A DNA stretch of 64,000 nt from Octopus vulgaris (GCA_951406725.2 OX597816.1:127534001-127598000); one strand, 5' to 3'. Counted from the stretch's first letter, positions 11,891 to 25,705 are shown. The notes: generated by a model from the letters alone, not told the origin. Made by a program: numbers and translations.

Positions 11891-14247
11891 TTAATTTTTA
11901 TATGAACAGTGAGTTGACTGGAATAGTAGAATATAAAAAAATGAATGCTTGTAGTTTTTAATTCTGTTCTTTAGAGTAGTCCTTGACTTATTTCTTTTAG
12001 AACTGTTCCAAATATGTACTAATGAATAGCAATGGTTAGTACCAGTTATATACTGAAACCACTTTAATCATCTCTGATACAAATATTGATCTAGTTACTA
12101 TTGCAGTAAAAAAATCAATATTTATAGTTAAAAAACCAGTGTTAATTAATGTAGCAAAGCTGGAAGTTTTATTTTATTGAAAAGTCTTATAGACTACCTA
12201 TTTTATTGAATAATTCTTATCCAATTAATATATATTCTTACATTCTTTTTCATACATCACATCACAAAAACAGTTTTGATAGCCAATTTTCTATCAGTTC
12301 CTTCTTCATTCAATCACTGACATTTCAAAACATGAGCAAATAAAAATCAAGAATTTAATTTTTAAAAAATCCAAAAAAAATCCAGCTTTCAGATAATTTT
12401 CAATCAACAATGAGTTAGTTATTAATGGTTCAAATTTTTATATGATATGATATGCACATTAATATGAAATAGAGTTCTACATAGATCTTTTCAATGATGT
12501 AGTAGGACAACTAAAGAATTGATTCCAGGCATGAGTAATTCATTAATTATGCTGTCCATTATGAAATGAATTTTATTTCTGATATTTATTGAAAATATAT
12601 CTCATCTTGTTAATAGTAAATACTCCAAATTAAACCAGTGGTTTTTCTTCTTCTTTTCTTTTTTTTTCTTTTTGTTTTTTTAGCAGCAGTCTTATCTCTG
12701 CATATATTTATATAATTCTCTTACACCTGTATTTTGCATTTAAGTACATCATCAATGTACTCACTTCTACCAAAATCACCATCACCATCGTTATTCTGTT
12801 TCAGTTATCCACATCAATAACTGTCACACTCTAAAATGTAGAGCCGTAAGAGTACAATATATATTTTAGGGTATGAATAACAGAAATGGAGCAAAGATCT
12901 TATAGTTTATATTTTCTAACTATCAGCCCTATCGAATTGATACATTTTTGCTTAGATTTAACAACACCGAATTTAACTATTTATATAAAGATAAACATCT
13001 AAAACCTTCATTTATGTTTAATAGGCTGTTAGTTGATCTCATCATATTTATGTGTACTATCTCAGAAAATATACAAATAGAAGGGCATTTTGAAAATACA
13101 AATTATTTCTTATTTTCATCTCAGAAACAGCAACAATAATGCCAGTAGCATATATATATTTTTGTTTTGTTTGTAATTTTCTTATTATTTTATAATTTTG
13201 TTTGTTGGAGTGAAGTTAACTATAGTGTCTGTGCTTCAACGTAAGAAAATCATCATTAAATCGTAACTTATTTTGTATCTTAATTCTTTGTTATAGGCTA
13301 TACTAGTAACTAATTGACCAACCAACCAACTCCTTTTCAATTCATTCTCATGTATTTTTAACATTCTTCTCTACCTATCTTCATATTTAGTTCCCAGTTC
13401 TCTATACACAGCTCTGTTGTCCAAGCCATTACCACCATATTTGGTGACAATCTTCATATAAATTTATAGCTTAAATGTGTAAATCATCATAAAGATGAAT
13501 ATATTCAAGTGATGTTCTCTCACCAGTGTTTCCTATCTAAAAAGTTTCAAGCAGCGAGATGTCAGAATATCATATAGTATTGTACATCCAGTGGTCTCTG
13601 TTTTATTTAAGTCAAATATTATCAAAGTAGTTATAGAATAATTGCCTTCACTAACAAAAGGTCTTTCTAAAGAATTTTAGATGAGCTCCTATTCTTGTAA
13701 ACCAATAAAATTTTGTGGTACATAGAATTAAAGTGGAGATAAATTTTCCAGAAATAAATTGTTGTAAAAGTGTTTTTATTATTTCATCAAATTATTTTAA
13801 ATGCTGGAAATTTTCAGATTTTGAACATGCAAAATATCAACGTCATAAAATAATTGGTTGTGATAAGATGTGAAGGATACAGGGTCTTAGCATCATATCA
13901 GAGTATAGTCTTAAATGTATAACATAGAAAATGAATATGTACATAATAGACAATCAGCAAATGAGTGAAGAATCAGCCTATGTAGACTAACAAAGAACTA
14001 CATGCACAGACACAACTGAATATGAGAAATGTTACAGCTCCAAGCCTGCTGTGACTAGCAGAACTATGATTTAACTCTGTGATTGTCCTTTGTATTATAT
14101 GTGACACACAGAACATATTTCCCTGGCATTCATGCATCACATATATTATAGATTCCAAATTGCTTTTCAACCACCTGAGTAACTTGCAACTTCGGAAAGA
14201 AAAGCTTTATATTACTCAGAAAGTTTTAAAATAGGTATAGATGTTTA

Positions 14248-14339
14248 TGACAAACTTATTAACATGGACTGACAAACTTATTAAAATGGACTGACAAACT
14301 TATTAAAATGGACTGACAAACTTATTAAAATGGACTGAC
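14248..14339. repeat. 22-bp minisatellite, 4.2 copies
   Basis: TGACAAACTTATTAAAATGGAC x4 with one substitution. Confidence 0.95.
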
Positions 14340-15497
14340 GAAGGATTAAAAGTATTCAAACCATGCCCATTTCATTTTTTTTTGTACATCTTTTGTATGT
14401 TTAATACTAATGATAAATTGGATTAGTCATTAGTATATCAAATAAAATACCTTGTGGTATTTATTCTGGTACATTGCATTCTGGTTTCAGATATCATCAA
14501 CATCAATTCTGTCTTTTATCCTTACTTGGTTGATAAATGAATTACCAATCCAGGGTAGTGGATTGGCAGAAATGTTAGAGCATCATGTGAAGTATTTTGT
14601 GATATTTTTTCTGGGTCTTTGCATCTCAGGTTCAAATCCTGCTATGGTCTAACTGGAAGGTTAATTTAAGCTGTTGCTAGGTTCAAAACCACCAACTGAT
14701 ACTTGAGTACCTTTAATGGAACCCAGCCTGCTAGAAGCACTCAGGCCTGGTCTCCAGTTCAAGGATATCTTCTTCATACTACAAGCTTCAGCTTATGGAC
14801 ACTGCCCTTCCATTCTAAATGATTAAAAAAAAACATATTGTCCCATATCATATTGAGACTTGAGAGAGAATTGGCTGTTATTTCTACCAGATCAAGTAAC
14901 TACATGGAAGCTTCATCATTGATTGCAGTTGAGGGTGTGGTGTTGCTGGTTGTCATAATAGTGATAGTAGTGATTGTGGTGGATATGGTTCATTGTTCTC
15001 ATAGTCAGATGTAATAATAAAGTAGTAGAGATAGAGCAGTTAGGACTTCAACTTATTAGATGTCTTCTCTATGTAATTTTGACTTATGCTAACACTCCAC
15101 AATCTGTCTTTAAATAACTCCCTATTGCTTTCAGTCCTCTGAGGAATGAATTAACGTCTTGCTGTCAGTTATATGCTATTCAGTATTTTGGCTCAACTTT
15201 CTTTACCAGCTTCAAATAATGGCTTCTGAATTTGTAATTAGAACAAAAGCAGTATTAGAATATTAAAACTAGAGATTAAGAAGTGGATGCCTTAGAACCT
15301 TTGGAGAATAGAAATTAAATTCACCATTAAATTCGTTAAATTCATCGCTTATCCCTGTACTGTTTTCACTTTGTTGATCAAAGAATATATATATATCTAC
15401 ACACACAAACATACACATACATACACACACATATATACATATAAATAAGACAGACACATACACACACACGTATGTATGTACGTACACACATACATAC

Positions 15498-18240
15498 ATA
15501 CATTCATACTGGTAATTGTTCTATCTTTACAGATGATTGCCATCTCCTTGTGCTTCCTCATTGTCAATAGCATTTCTAACTTTTCATCCATGACCTCTCA
15601 GATGACTATTCACTCCCATTGCACATCTGCATGGTTTGAAGCATATGCAAAAGATAGAAGTTGTAACCTACTCCACACTTCCAGCCTGTTAGATCTGCAC
15701 ACATCTCACTCTTCCATCAACATAGGACTTTCAGTGGATGTAATGATAAATGAGCTCACCCTAAAGAGACATCCACACATCATTTGATTATAGAGATAAA
15801 TGCTTGTACAATATAAGTACTACTCTCTGAGTTCCTGTGATTAGTACCTAGTGATAGGCTGAATCAAGATGACTAGTTATCACATGAAACTGCAGGTTTT
15901 ACATCAAAGTGTTCCTCTCCTGGAAGAATGCTGTGACAACATTTAGGGCGTCCATCACTCCTGGTGGTTTTCTGCATACCCTGACACAATTCAGTGGTAT
16001 AGGGCAAGATTCTGTTCAATGCACTTTTCTTGCAATTGTCTGATAGTTAAGATACAATCAGCTGTGCCCCTAGAGGAATGAAAACCACACTGAGACTCAG
16101 ACACTATGTTTGGAACTATAAAGGTATTTAAACATTCTAACAAAATGCAGGCAAGTACCTTTCCAACCACAGACAAAAGTGAAATCCCACAAAAATTACC
16201 ACACAATCCTTGGCCCCAATTTATACAAGGAAACTAAAATGGCATCAATCCAATTTTGAGGCACTTTCTCAGTTCTCCAACAGTGACAAATTAATATATT
16301 CAAGAGTTCAAACATTTCGTCACCCTCGTATTTCAAAACCTCTACACAGATTCCATCAGACCCTGGAGACTTGTTATTCAGTTTATTTACAAGTAAATAA
16401 ATGTCATTTAGAGTTGGTTCAAATGCCATCTCTTCTATAACTGGAAGGTGTTCGATTTTTATATCGTCCTCATGTCAGCGGATGATGGTCTATTCAAAAG
16501 TGCAGAAAAATGTTCTACTCAGCATTTATGAATAGAAACAGTGTCAGTCAGAAGTAAACGTTCATTTGCTGTTCTCACTGGAGCTATTGAAAAAGATTTG
16601 GGGGTCATATACCTCCTTAACATAAGAGTACAAACCCTTGGCCTAATTTCTATCAGCTGCTTCTTGTGCCTCTTTTGCTCTATCACTGCACTATTCCTGT
16701 TTACTTTTCCTTAGAGCAGTCTGCACTTTCCCGTTCAGCTTTCTGTAAGCTTCGTTTGAGTTGGGGTTTAAGGACTGAGAAAGAAGTGTATTGCCTAAGT
16801 TTTGTTTTTCTAAAAGTAGATCATGAATTTCTGCTGATCGATCAGAGAACCAGTCCCTGGACTTATGTGATTTAAATCCCAATGGTGAACTTGCAGCCTG
16901 AAATACTTTTGTTTTGAAATCTTCCCATAGATTTTTTTGTGTCAAGACTGAACATTTCACTTTTTGGGTATCTTAGGACCAGACTGTCGATTTTTAGGCA
17001 TTATTGAAAAATTAATTTTTCCATGCACTAGACGATGGCCAGTCCAGCCCTCTGCTCCTCTCATAGCCTGAGTGCTGGAAACATCTTTCATATCACATTT
17101 TCTGATCAAAATATAATCTATGTGATGCCTGTGCTTAGATCTTGGGTCTATCCAGGTGGTTTTATATTTATTTTTCTGCTTAAACAGAGTGTTTGTAACA
17201 ACATGATTATTCTCAGAACAAACCGTCAGAAGAGCTACTCCATTTTTATTACATTTTCCAATCTCATGTCAACTAGTCATTTCCAACTCTTTCGTTGAAA
17301 TCTCCCAATATGACCAGCTTGTCAGAAATTGGTACTATCCTCAGTAATTGTGCTAGATCATCTTAAAACTGTCTTACAGTTTCATCAGAATGGGACATTG
17401 TTGGTGCATAAATACTGACAACAGTGAGAAACCTACCTTTTGTCAGTTTAATATGGCATGACATGGTTCACTTGGAAGCCCTGCAATGGAGGATAATAAT
17501 GTATTCTTGAGAGCAAAACCAACACCAGATTTTCAATGCTGACCCATAGGTAGGCCTTTCCAAAAGATGGTGTATCCATAAGTAAGTTCATTTACTTGAC
17601 CCTCACCATTGAAACAAGTTTCAGAGAGCACAACTATATCAAGGGAATATTTCTTGAGCTCATATGCAATAAGTGCAGTACACCTTTCTGGCCTCTTGTT
17701 GAAATTATCAAGAAGTGTGCACACATTCCAACAACCAAAATTCAAAGTATGTTTATTTTTACCTTTTCTTGACGATTGTTTGACCATAGTGACAGGATGA
17801 TGACTGGGTCCAGCTTGTGATACACTAGGACACCTGCAGAGCCAGACCTGTTCCTCTGACATTCCCAAGCCTTTTTTGCCATTTACTGAATCTGTTTGAG
17901 ACACTTTAGAGTAAGTTACAAGTGCAATTTTAGGTTTCTGCCAACCAATTCAATGATTTTACTAAGATTTGGAATACAGTAAGTACCTGTGCAGATGAAT
18001 AATTTTCAGTGGGTGTAGCTTGCACTGCACTACCTCCACCTTTTGACCCAAGACGGCTTTTGCTGGTGTGACATGAAAATTGACAAAACCAGGAACTTCT
18101 AAGGCCTCAGGTTTTATTTTAGAGATTTCCTTCTCCTAGGTAGATTACCAGCCAAGATTAAAGAGCTTCTACCTTCCCATGAGGTAAGCTATCCCATTCC
18201 AGACACCAAACTGACACTCAAACACTCTATAAAGTGATCA
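15498..18240 (-). mobile_element. RTE-clade LINE, decayed, RT core largely deleted
   Basis: APE N-terminus LNFGCWNVCTLLD..RPERCTALIAYELKKYSLDIVVLSET; pre-RT motifs KSPGSDGI, VPQNWIDAILVSLYK, GISLLSVVGKVLA, SESQCGFHSSRGTAD; RTE-type 5'UTR near 18120-18180; (TATG)n tail. Confidence 0.9.
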
Positions 18241-18823
18241 AATATCAATCCAGTGACCGATGTGGAGTAGCTCATTCCTACATAAAAAAAAGTACGATAT
18301 GTGATTTGCAAATATAAATAAGAATTAAATATAATATATAAATATAAAAAGTAAAAGATATGCAATTTATAAATATAAATAATATATATATATAACAGTA
18401 AAAATATACATATATATGCATATAAGTAAAAAAGTAAAAGATATATACATATTTACAGGTATTTTGTTGGATGGCCATTGACTGCTCATAAGTTCCTCCA
18501 CCCATTGACAGGTCTTATTTTTCATCCCGCAGGGTGTCTAGCAACACTCTCCTCGCCAAGCAAGCCTAGTGGGGTTGCCAGTTTAGTCGCTGATGACCCG
18601 ACCATGCATTCCAGCATACATACATACATGCATGCATACATACAGACAGGCAGACAGTCAGACAGACAGACAGAAAGACAAGCAGACAGACAGACGGACA
18701 GACTGACATAGAATAAGTTCTTATGCACTGGAAAAATATATCCACAGAATTCAGGACTCCAAATATTTAACAGGATGTTAAATTCCAATATATATTTACT
18801 TTAATTCAATAGTTTCAAATTTC

Positions 18824-18874
18824 AATTTTATACAAATCATACTTGCTACCAGAAAGTATGATTTGTATAAAATT
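18824..18874. repeat. Perfect 21-bp inverted repeat with 9-nt loop
   Basis: AATTTTATACAAATCATACTT-gctaccaga-AAGTATGATTTGTATAAAATT. Confidence 0.9.
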
Positions 18875-19076
18875 TGAAATTAGCTAAAAAAAACAAATTT
18901 TCAGAGTAGAATATTTGGAAGAATAGAAAACATTCTCAATGATATTCCAAAAATTTCATTTGATCTATTTTACAGCTGTTTCTATGACCCACATGAAAAT
19001 ATTGTAAGCTACATAATAATTACACAATTAATTGAAGTTGCTATATCAATTCAGGTAGCATAAATATATATGTATG

Positions 19077-19114
<38 letters not shown>

Positions 19115-19703
19115 AGAGAGAATTTTTCTTTTCTTATGTTAGAAAATTTCATAATTTTCAATAAGAAGGTTTATTACAAACTTCAGTTTGGCAACATTTC
19201 ATACATATCGGAAAACAATTATTCAACTTACTGGCTTTGGTGGCATATGTGAGAAGATTCTAGAGCATAGTTTATATTTATGCAACTACATCTGTTATAA
19301 GCTCAAACATGTTAAATATTTTTTTTTCCAATGTACATGTGAAATAATAAAATTTATTACATATAAATGTAACTCAAATGGATAAATTGCACTTGTATTA
19401 TGCAGAAAATAAAATTAACTATGTCAAGTAAAACGTATAAATATTCTGCTTCCATTAAGATTGTTTTGACATAAAAAATGTCTTATAATGTAGATAATTT
19501 TTCTACTTTTTTATGTATTTTCATATATTTTCAAAGCTTGATGCACTTTTAATTGATAACCATTCAACTGTGAAGTTGGACTAAATCAGGACTGTCAGGC
19601 AGACTACAGCATACATACACATTTGTCATTTACCAGCAAGCATAACACTTTGAAATTAGAAAATTATCGAAAAATAGAGACACCTATGGTACATTACAAC
19701 TAA

Positions 19704-20122
19704 CCCTTTGATACCAACCTGCCTGAAATTGCCCCTGTTCCATGAAACAAACCTCTGGTTTTAACCCTTTAGCATTCAAATTACACTATAAAATTCAATA
19801 CTTATTTATTCACATTGTTTTGAATTAACCATGAATTATCTTGTAACTTTAAGATTTTAATTATGTAGTTGTTCAGTTTAAGAATGTAATTGTAGGGTAG
19901 GTGTAAGAGGCCAGACCTGGCCAGTTTGAGTATAAAACAGATAGAATATTTGGGCTGGCTATGGTTCGTTTAAATGTTAAAGGGTTAAAGTAATCAAAAT
20001 TTCAGATTAATTTATATTCTAGACACCAATTTATAACAGTTATTTGTGTAAGTTTTTCATTATTTTTAAAATCAATTGGAACAAAGGTGGTACATTTCAA
20101 CAGAGATATGGTAACACAAGGG
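19704..20122. mobile_element. Outer piggyBac-like MITE
   Basis: TAA|CCCTTTGATACC ... GGTAACACAAGGG|TT termini. Confidence 0.55.
19765..19984. mobile_element. Inner piggyBac-like MITE with TTAA TSD
   Basis: TTAA|CCCTTTAGCATTCAAA ... TTTAAATGTTAAAGGG|TTAA. Confidence 0.8.
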
Positions 20123-20319
20123 TTTTGTCTTCATAAATAGATAAATATTTCTGAAAATTCCTTAACAATTTTGAAGATGAAAAATTTGTTAAAAAACATA
20201 TATTGCATTGTGTTGATTTGCCATGAGAAGTAAGAGAGCTCAATGTTTTAGACTGTGAAATAATATAGAAGTCAATTTTATAGCTGCAGTTCTAAGTCAG
20301 TGAGTTGGCAGAATCATTA

Positions 20320-20488
20320 GCCAAGTGAAATGCTTAGCAGCATTTCATTTGTTGTTACTTTCTGAGTTCAAATTCTGCCGAAATCACGTTTGCATTTCAT
20401 CCTTTTAGGGTTGAGCATTGGGGGCAATGTAATCGACTTACATCAATCCCCAAAATTGCTGGCTTTGTGCCAAAATTTGAAATCAATA
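20320..20488 (+). mobile_element. SINE family B
   Basis: GAGTTGGCAGAATCATTAGC...TTCTGAGTTCAAATTCTGCC...TTTCATCCTTTT...GTGCCAAAATTTGAAATC. Confidence 0.75.
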
Positions 20489-21725
20489 TCATTGCTGTAG
20501 CTGTTATTTTTTCTCACCAAAGAAAGACAAGCACCTATAACAAGGGTGTTCTTAGATATAAGATTTTTCACTCTACTCAGCTAATCAGTTCACTGCAAAT
20601 TTTGTTGACACAGACCACCACCAATTCCCTTGGTTCTGGATTTCTCTTTTAAGAATAGCTTCAGTAATAGTGAGAATATGTGGTGTTCATGTAAGATAAT
20701 CAAGGAAGATACAAATTTTTTAATCAGGAGAATTTTCGATATTGGAAGCTTCTCTTTAGAAATATGCATACTGACAATATAAGCACATAGGCTTTTAAAG
20801 ATACAGAAAGGCCATTACACACTAAGAGACAGGAATTAAGAGAAAGTTATGAGCGTATACATCAAAACAGCAGATATACATATGTGAAAATTGATTAGTT
20901 ATGAAGAAATTTCCAATCTAAGTGATGAAGTAAATAAGCTTAGTAATTTATCTTTGAAGCCCTACCCCATTTCATGATCTACTGAAATTGTTACTGTTTT
21001 CTTAGTGTTTAATATAGTAAAAGTAATTATTCTTTTACTAGCTCTTATCATTGGGATCTAGTCATGTTGAGGTACAATTATTTGTGCAGAAATTATTTAA
21101 GTCTTAAAGTGGTGTTGGTTGATAATTGAGTTTGTTTCACAGAAGATATTAGAAGTATGTGAAATTCAACAATAACTCGAAGACCCAGGTGATTTCTTTT
21201 GTTTTCTTCTATATTTCCGGATAAATCCCTGAGAGAATTTATTGTCTATGTTTGCACAATTTAGGAAGAAACTAGGAATTAATTTAGGCACACAGATTTT
21301 GAGAAAGTTTCCAACTTTGTAAAGAAGAATGTAAGAAGCCATAACAATGCCAACCAAAAAGAAAATATCTGTTCTGTATTTTGCCTTTAATAATCCCAAA
21401 CCATGCAATGGAAATTCTAAAGTATTGAACACGTTTATTTTTATTTTTCCTTCAGTATCATGGTGGCTTCCTTCCATACTCTTTGCTTGTACTTCAATAA
21501 CAATGCTTCAAGTAAACTGCAGAATTTTGCTTCCACAAATCTGTCTTTAAAGCAATGAGGATTGTAAAACTTTGTTGTGAGATAAATTGAAATACAAGGC
21601 ATTATATTATGAACATAATCTTCATAATTTATAGCTAATTATTGGCAAATATTAATCATTCATGATAAAATTATAAATTTTCTAAATAAGAAAACTAGTC
21701 TTTTTAAGATATAAAGTAATCATAT

Positions 21726-21772
<47 letters not shown>

Positions 21773-21773
<1 letters not shown>

Positions 21774-22110
21774 TCATCATCATCATTGTTTAACGTCCAC
21801 TTTCCATGCTAGCATGAGTTGGACGGTTCAACTGGGGTCTGGGAAGCCAGAAGGCTGCACCAAGCCCAGTCTGATCTGGCAGTGTTTCTACAGCTGGATG
21901 CCCTTCCTAATGCAACCTCTCCGTGAGTGTAGTGGGTGCTTTTTACGTGCCAGACGAGGCTGGCAAACGGCCACGATCGGATGGTGCTTTTTACGTGCCA
22001 CCAGCACGGAGGCCAGTCGGAGTAGCGCTGGCAATGGCCACGTTCGGATGGCTCTCTTACGTGCCACCGGCACTGGTATCACAGCTACAATTTCCATTGA
22101 TGTTGATCGA
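21773..22110 (-). mobile_element. GAT-tailed SINE (family C), young and CpG-rich
   Basis: CATCATTGTTTAACGTCCACTTTCCATGCTAGCATG...; internal TTTTACGTGCCA repeats; flanked by (TA)n. Confidence 0.85.
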
Positions 22111-22316
22111 TTATATATATATATATCATTGTATTCCAGGTTGGCCATTTTTTTGTTTTTTTGTTTTTTTTGCCAAGTAAACACACGCACTATATATTCA
22201 TTCTTCACTCATTTATTACTGTTGGTATTTTAACTCATGTCCATTTTCCAGAAATCTTTCATCACACATCTGTACCTCTTCAGTGACACTTTCTGTCCTT
22301 GTGTGTCAATATATAT

Positions 22317-22364
<48 letters not shown>

Positions 22365-22465
22365 ATATAGGGTAAAGAATTATTAATTTAATAATTCATA
22401 ATTTTACCAAGTAGTTCAGTATGGAAAAAAAAAGCCATTATCGGTAAATACTTATACAAAAAGTT

Positions 22466-22525
<60 letters not shown>

Positions 22526-22556
22526 TCATCATCGTTTAACGTCCGTTCGATGATGA

Positions 22557-22610
<54 letters not shown>

Positions 22611-23481
22611 TTAATTTTCACATGTCCTTGAGTAAAAAAGAAATGAACCAGTCTGTTATAGGGATAATCAACTTGTTTGAACATAGAAATATAGGAACTA
22701 ATTTGATTTGCAGTCTCTTTCATGAGAACTTCTAAGTTATGTTTACTTTTTAATATGTACCAATAAGTATTATATCAAATGTTAAAACAGTCTCTACAGA
22801 AGAAAATATAAAATAGGGTATTAAAATCTCTGTTATAAATACAACTATAGGAAAAAAAACAAAAAATGTTTTTTTTTTCTTTTAATTTCAATATCATGTT
22901 TATTCTGTTAATAGAGTCTTAGGATGCTATTATAAAATGAAGTGTATTTCCCAGTCATTTCAAGTAATATTAAAAAGAAAATTATATTTAAGGGGAAAAA
23001 ACATAGAAATATTAAATGACTTACAACTTTTGATTATTTTGATGTAGTTCAAGAGGTACATTAATATTTCTAGTGCACTAAAGGTCATGATGCAAAAACT
23101 TTTAAGTTTTGTTAAGTTCCTAGTTAATAATTTTCAACTAGGGTATAATTCCTAGTTGAACAGATTTATCCTCTTCTTTTAAAATATTTTGAGCAAAGTA
23201 AATAGGAAACTATGTAAACTCCATGTAAAAGAAATGTAAAATTTTCTAAACCCTAATGGGCTTTTAAATGACAATACCACACTGTTATATAATAAACAAA
23301 TGAGAGATAAATCGTCCCAAGGTGAGATACTGTATAACTTATTTGAAGTAACATTCCTAAATCATCTGGGATTTCTCCTTGTCAGTTAACTGATCTAAAA
23401 CAATGTAGATGAAAATGAACTGCTTGCAAACATAACAAAATGCCTGCAGCAAATTTTAACTTGTGCCATATAAGTTAGTAA

Positions 23482-23694
23482 TATCAGTTTCAAATTTAGG
23501 CATAAGGCCAGCAAGTTTGAAGGAGTGGGTCAATTACATCGACTCCAGTGCTCAACCAATACTTATCTTATCGACCCCAAAAGGATGAAAGACAAATTCG
23601 ACCTCGGTGCAATTTGAACTCAGAACGTAAAGACAGATAATATGTCACTAAGCATTTTACCTAGTGTACTAACAACTCTACCAGCTCACCACCT
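23482..23694 (-). mobile_element. SINE family B
   Basis: ATCGACCCCAAAAGGATGAAAGACAAATTCGACCTCGGTGCAATTTGAACTCAGAACG. Confidence 0.8.
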
Positions 23695-23828
23695 TATATG
23701 AGTTATTAATATAATACCTAATCCACTCAGTCATTTCTCTTCTATTTGATATTCTGTAGCATGCTATGATACAACATCTAGTTATAGTAACAAAAGTATA
23801 TCAAAGAAGAGTCTTTGATAAAATATCA

Positions 23829-23971
23829 CTGTGGCTGTGTGGTTACCAACCACATGGTTCCAGGTTCAGTCCCACTGCATGACAACTTGGGCAAGTGTCT
23901 TCAACTATAGCCTCAAGTTGACCAAAGCCTTGTGAGTGGATTTGGTAGACGGAAACTGAAAGAAGACCATC

Positions 23972-24037
<66 letters not shown>

Positions 24038-24156
24038 ATGTACATATTTGTGTGTCTATATGTTTGTGTGTCTGTGTTTGTCCCCACCAACATCACTTGA
24101 CAACCGATGCTGGTGTGTTTACGTCTCTGTAACTTAACAGTTCAGCAAATGAGACT
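23829..24156 (+). mobile_element. SINE family A
   Basis: Head, CORE-like TTGGGCAAGTGTCTTC, internal (TA)/(TG) tract and CTTGACAACCGATGCTGG. Confidence 0.8.
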
Positions 24157-25081
24157 AAAGAGTATGTTGTTTACCTAATCTAGTGGAGTAGCAATGATGG
24201 TAACATGATTGCCAGTAATAGAGTATATCGTCAAGTGTAATATATTTATGAAGCAAACTATGAATGATATATGTATAGCTGGGCCAATGAGAGTGGAGTG
24301 TAGTAGTAGGAACATTATACTTCAACTTTCAAATAAAACTTAGAACCCTCTGATAAAGTTCCTATCAGATACTCATGTCCAGTATATAGCATGATTTGTT
24401 CCATAAATAAGATAGTGTTTAATGGACACATAATAGCACATATGTGTATTGTATTAAGTTGGAGCTTATGAAAATATTACATTATATTTTAAGTTATAGT
24501 ATGATTTGATTACACTTAGCATAAGTTATAATAAGATATGATATTATATGGCTTTTGGCATTAAAAGATATGGAAAGGTACCATGATGTGGTAAAGTTCA
24601 GTTGGGATCAGATGGAAAATATATTATTATGGCATTATTTCATAAACTTGCCAGCAATCCAGCCATACTACTAAAGGTTTAAAACCATAATAATTCTGTA
24701 AAAATAGATGATATTAAAGTTATCTTTTTTTTACCCTGAAACTTACAATGTCGATGTTATAATATGCCAAACTGCTTCCAGATAATGACTGATAAAATTG
24801 GAACAAACTTGATTCACAATGCTTCATTAAAAATTTATTTCTTGTAGTTGAACTAGAATTCAGATTTGATTTTTGATGTACACACTTTTTTTGTGGTTTT
24901 TGTTTCTCATTCATTACCTTTTAATGGGTAATGCATAACATTCACCTTGTTTAATTATTTTGGTTTGCCATAAGTAATTGAATTATCTAGAATTGATTTT
25001 TTATTTTCTCAAACATCATTTCTACTTTGAAATAAAGGTTTATTTTGTGAAAGTTACTCTTGTTTAACACAATTTTATAAA

Positions 25082-25126
<45 letters not shown>

Positions 25127-25137
25127 CATCATCATTA

Positions 25138-25350
25138 AGGTAGCAAGCTGGCAGAATTATTAGCATGTCAGATGAAATGTTTAGTGACTATTCTTTCAGA
25201 TCTTTACATTTTGAGCTCAAAACCTATCAACACTGCTGTTCATTCTTTCAGGGTCAATAAAATTAAGTACCATGCCAGTACTGGGGTTAATGTAATTGGC
25301 TTGCCCTGTCTGCTCAAAAATGCAGGCTTTGTGCCTTAATTAGAAAGAAT
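25138..25350 (+). mobile_element. SINE family B
   Basis: GCAAGCTGGCAGAATTATTAGCA...TTTCAGGGTCAATAAAATTAAGTACC. Confidence 0.7.
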
Positions 25351-25384
25351 TATTATTGCTATTGTTGTTATTATTATTTTTCTT

Positions 25385-25705
25385 CTCTTTAGTTGTCTAT
25401 GTCACATCTCAGTTCTATCCTGCAGCAGAGATGCAACACTTTTCTCAGCACATGTGCTGTTCCAAGTATCACTGCCGAATGAGTACTTCCTATGAAGATT
25501 GGCATTTGCAGCTTTTGAATCCAGAATATTGCTTTCTTTGAGATGGTCCCAAGTGCACCAATCGTAGTAGGCTCTTTGGATATGTTTCATATCCAATGCT
25601 AGGTCTTGGTACTTCCCAACTTTCTTGTCCTCTGTCATCACAACATTCTGGTCTGCAGGTATAGCTACATCGATGAAAGTCCATTCTTTAGACTTCTGCA
25701 TGCAT
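25385..25705 (-). pseudogene. R4/Dong-like non-LTR retrotransposon 3' end (restriction-like endonuclease)
   Basis: FIDVAIPADQNVVMTEDKKVGKYQDLALDMK matches the RLE motif IDVAIP...KxxKYQDL. Confidence 0.75.

Noticed and set aside
14248-14339. CRISPR-like array
   Set aside because: The repeats are contiguous with no spacers; eukaryotic context and no cas genes
22400-22450. Possible decayed hammerhead between UUUACC/GGUAAA
   Set aside because: Both core strands deviate too far to support a call
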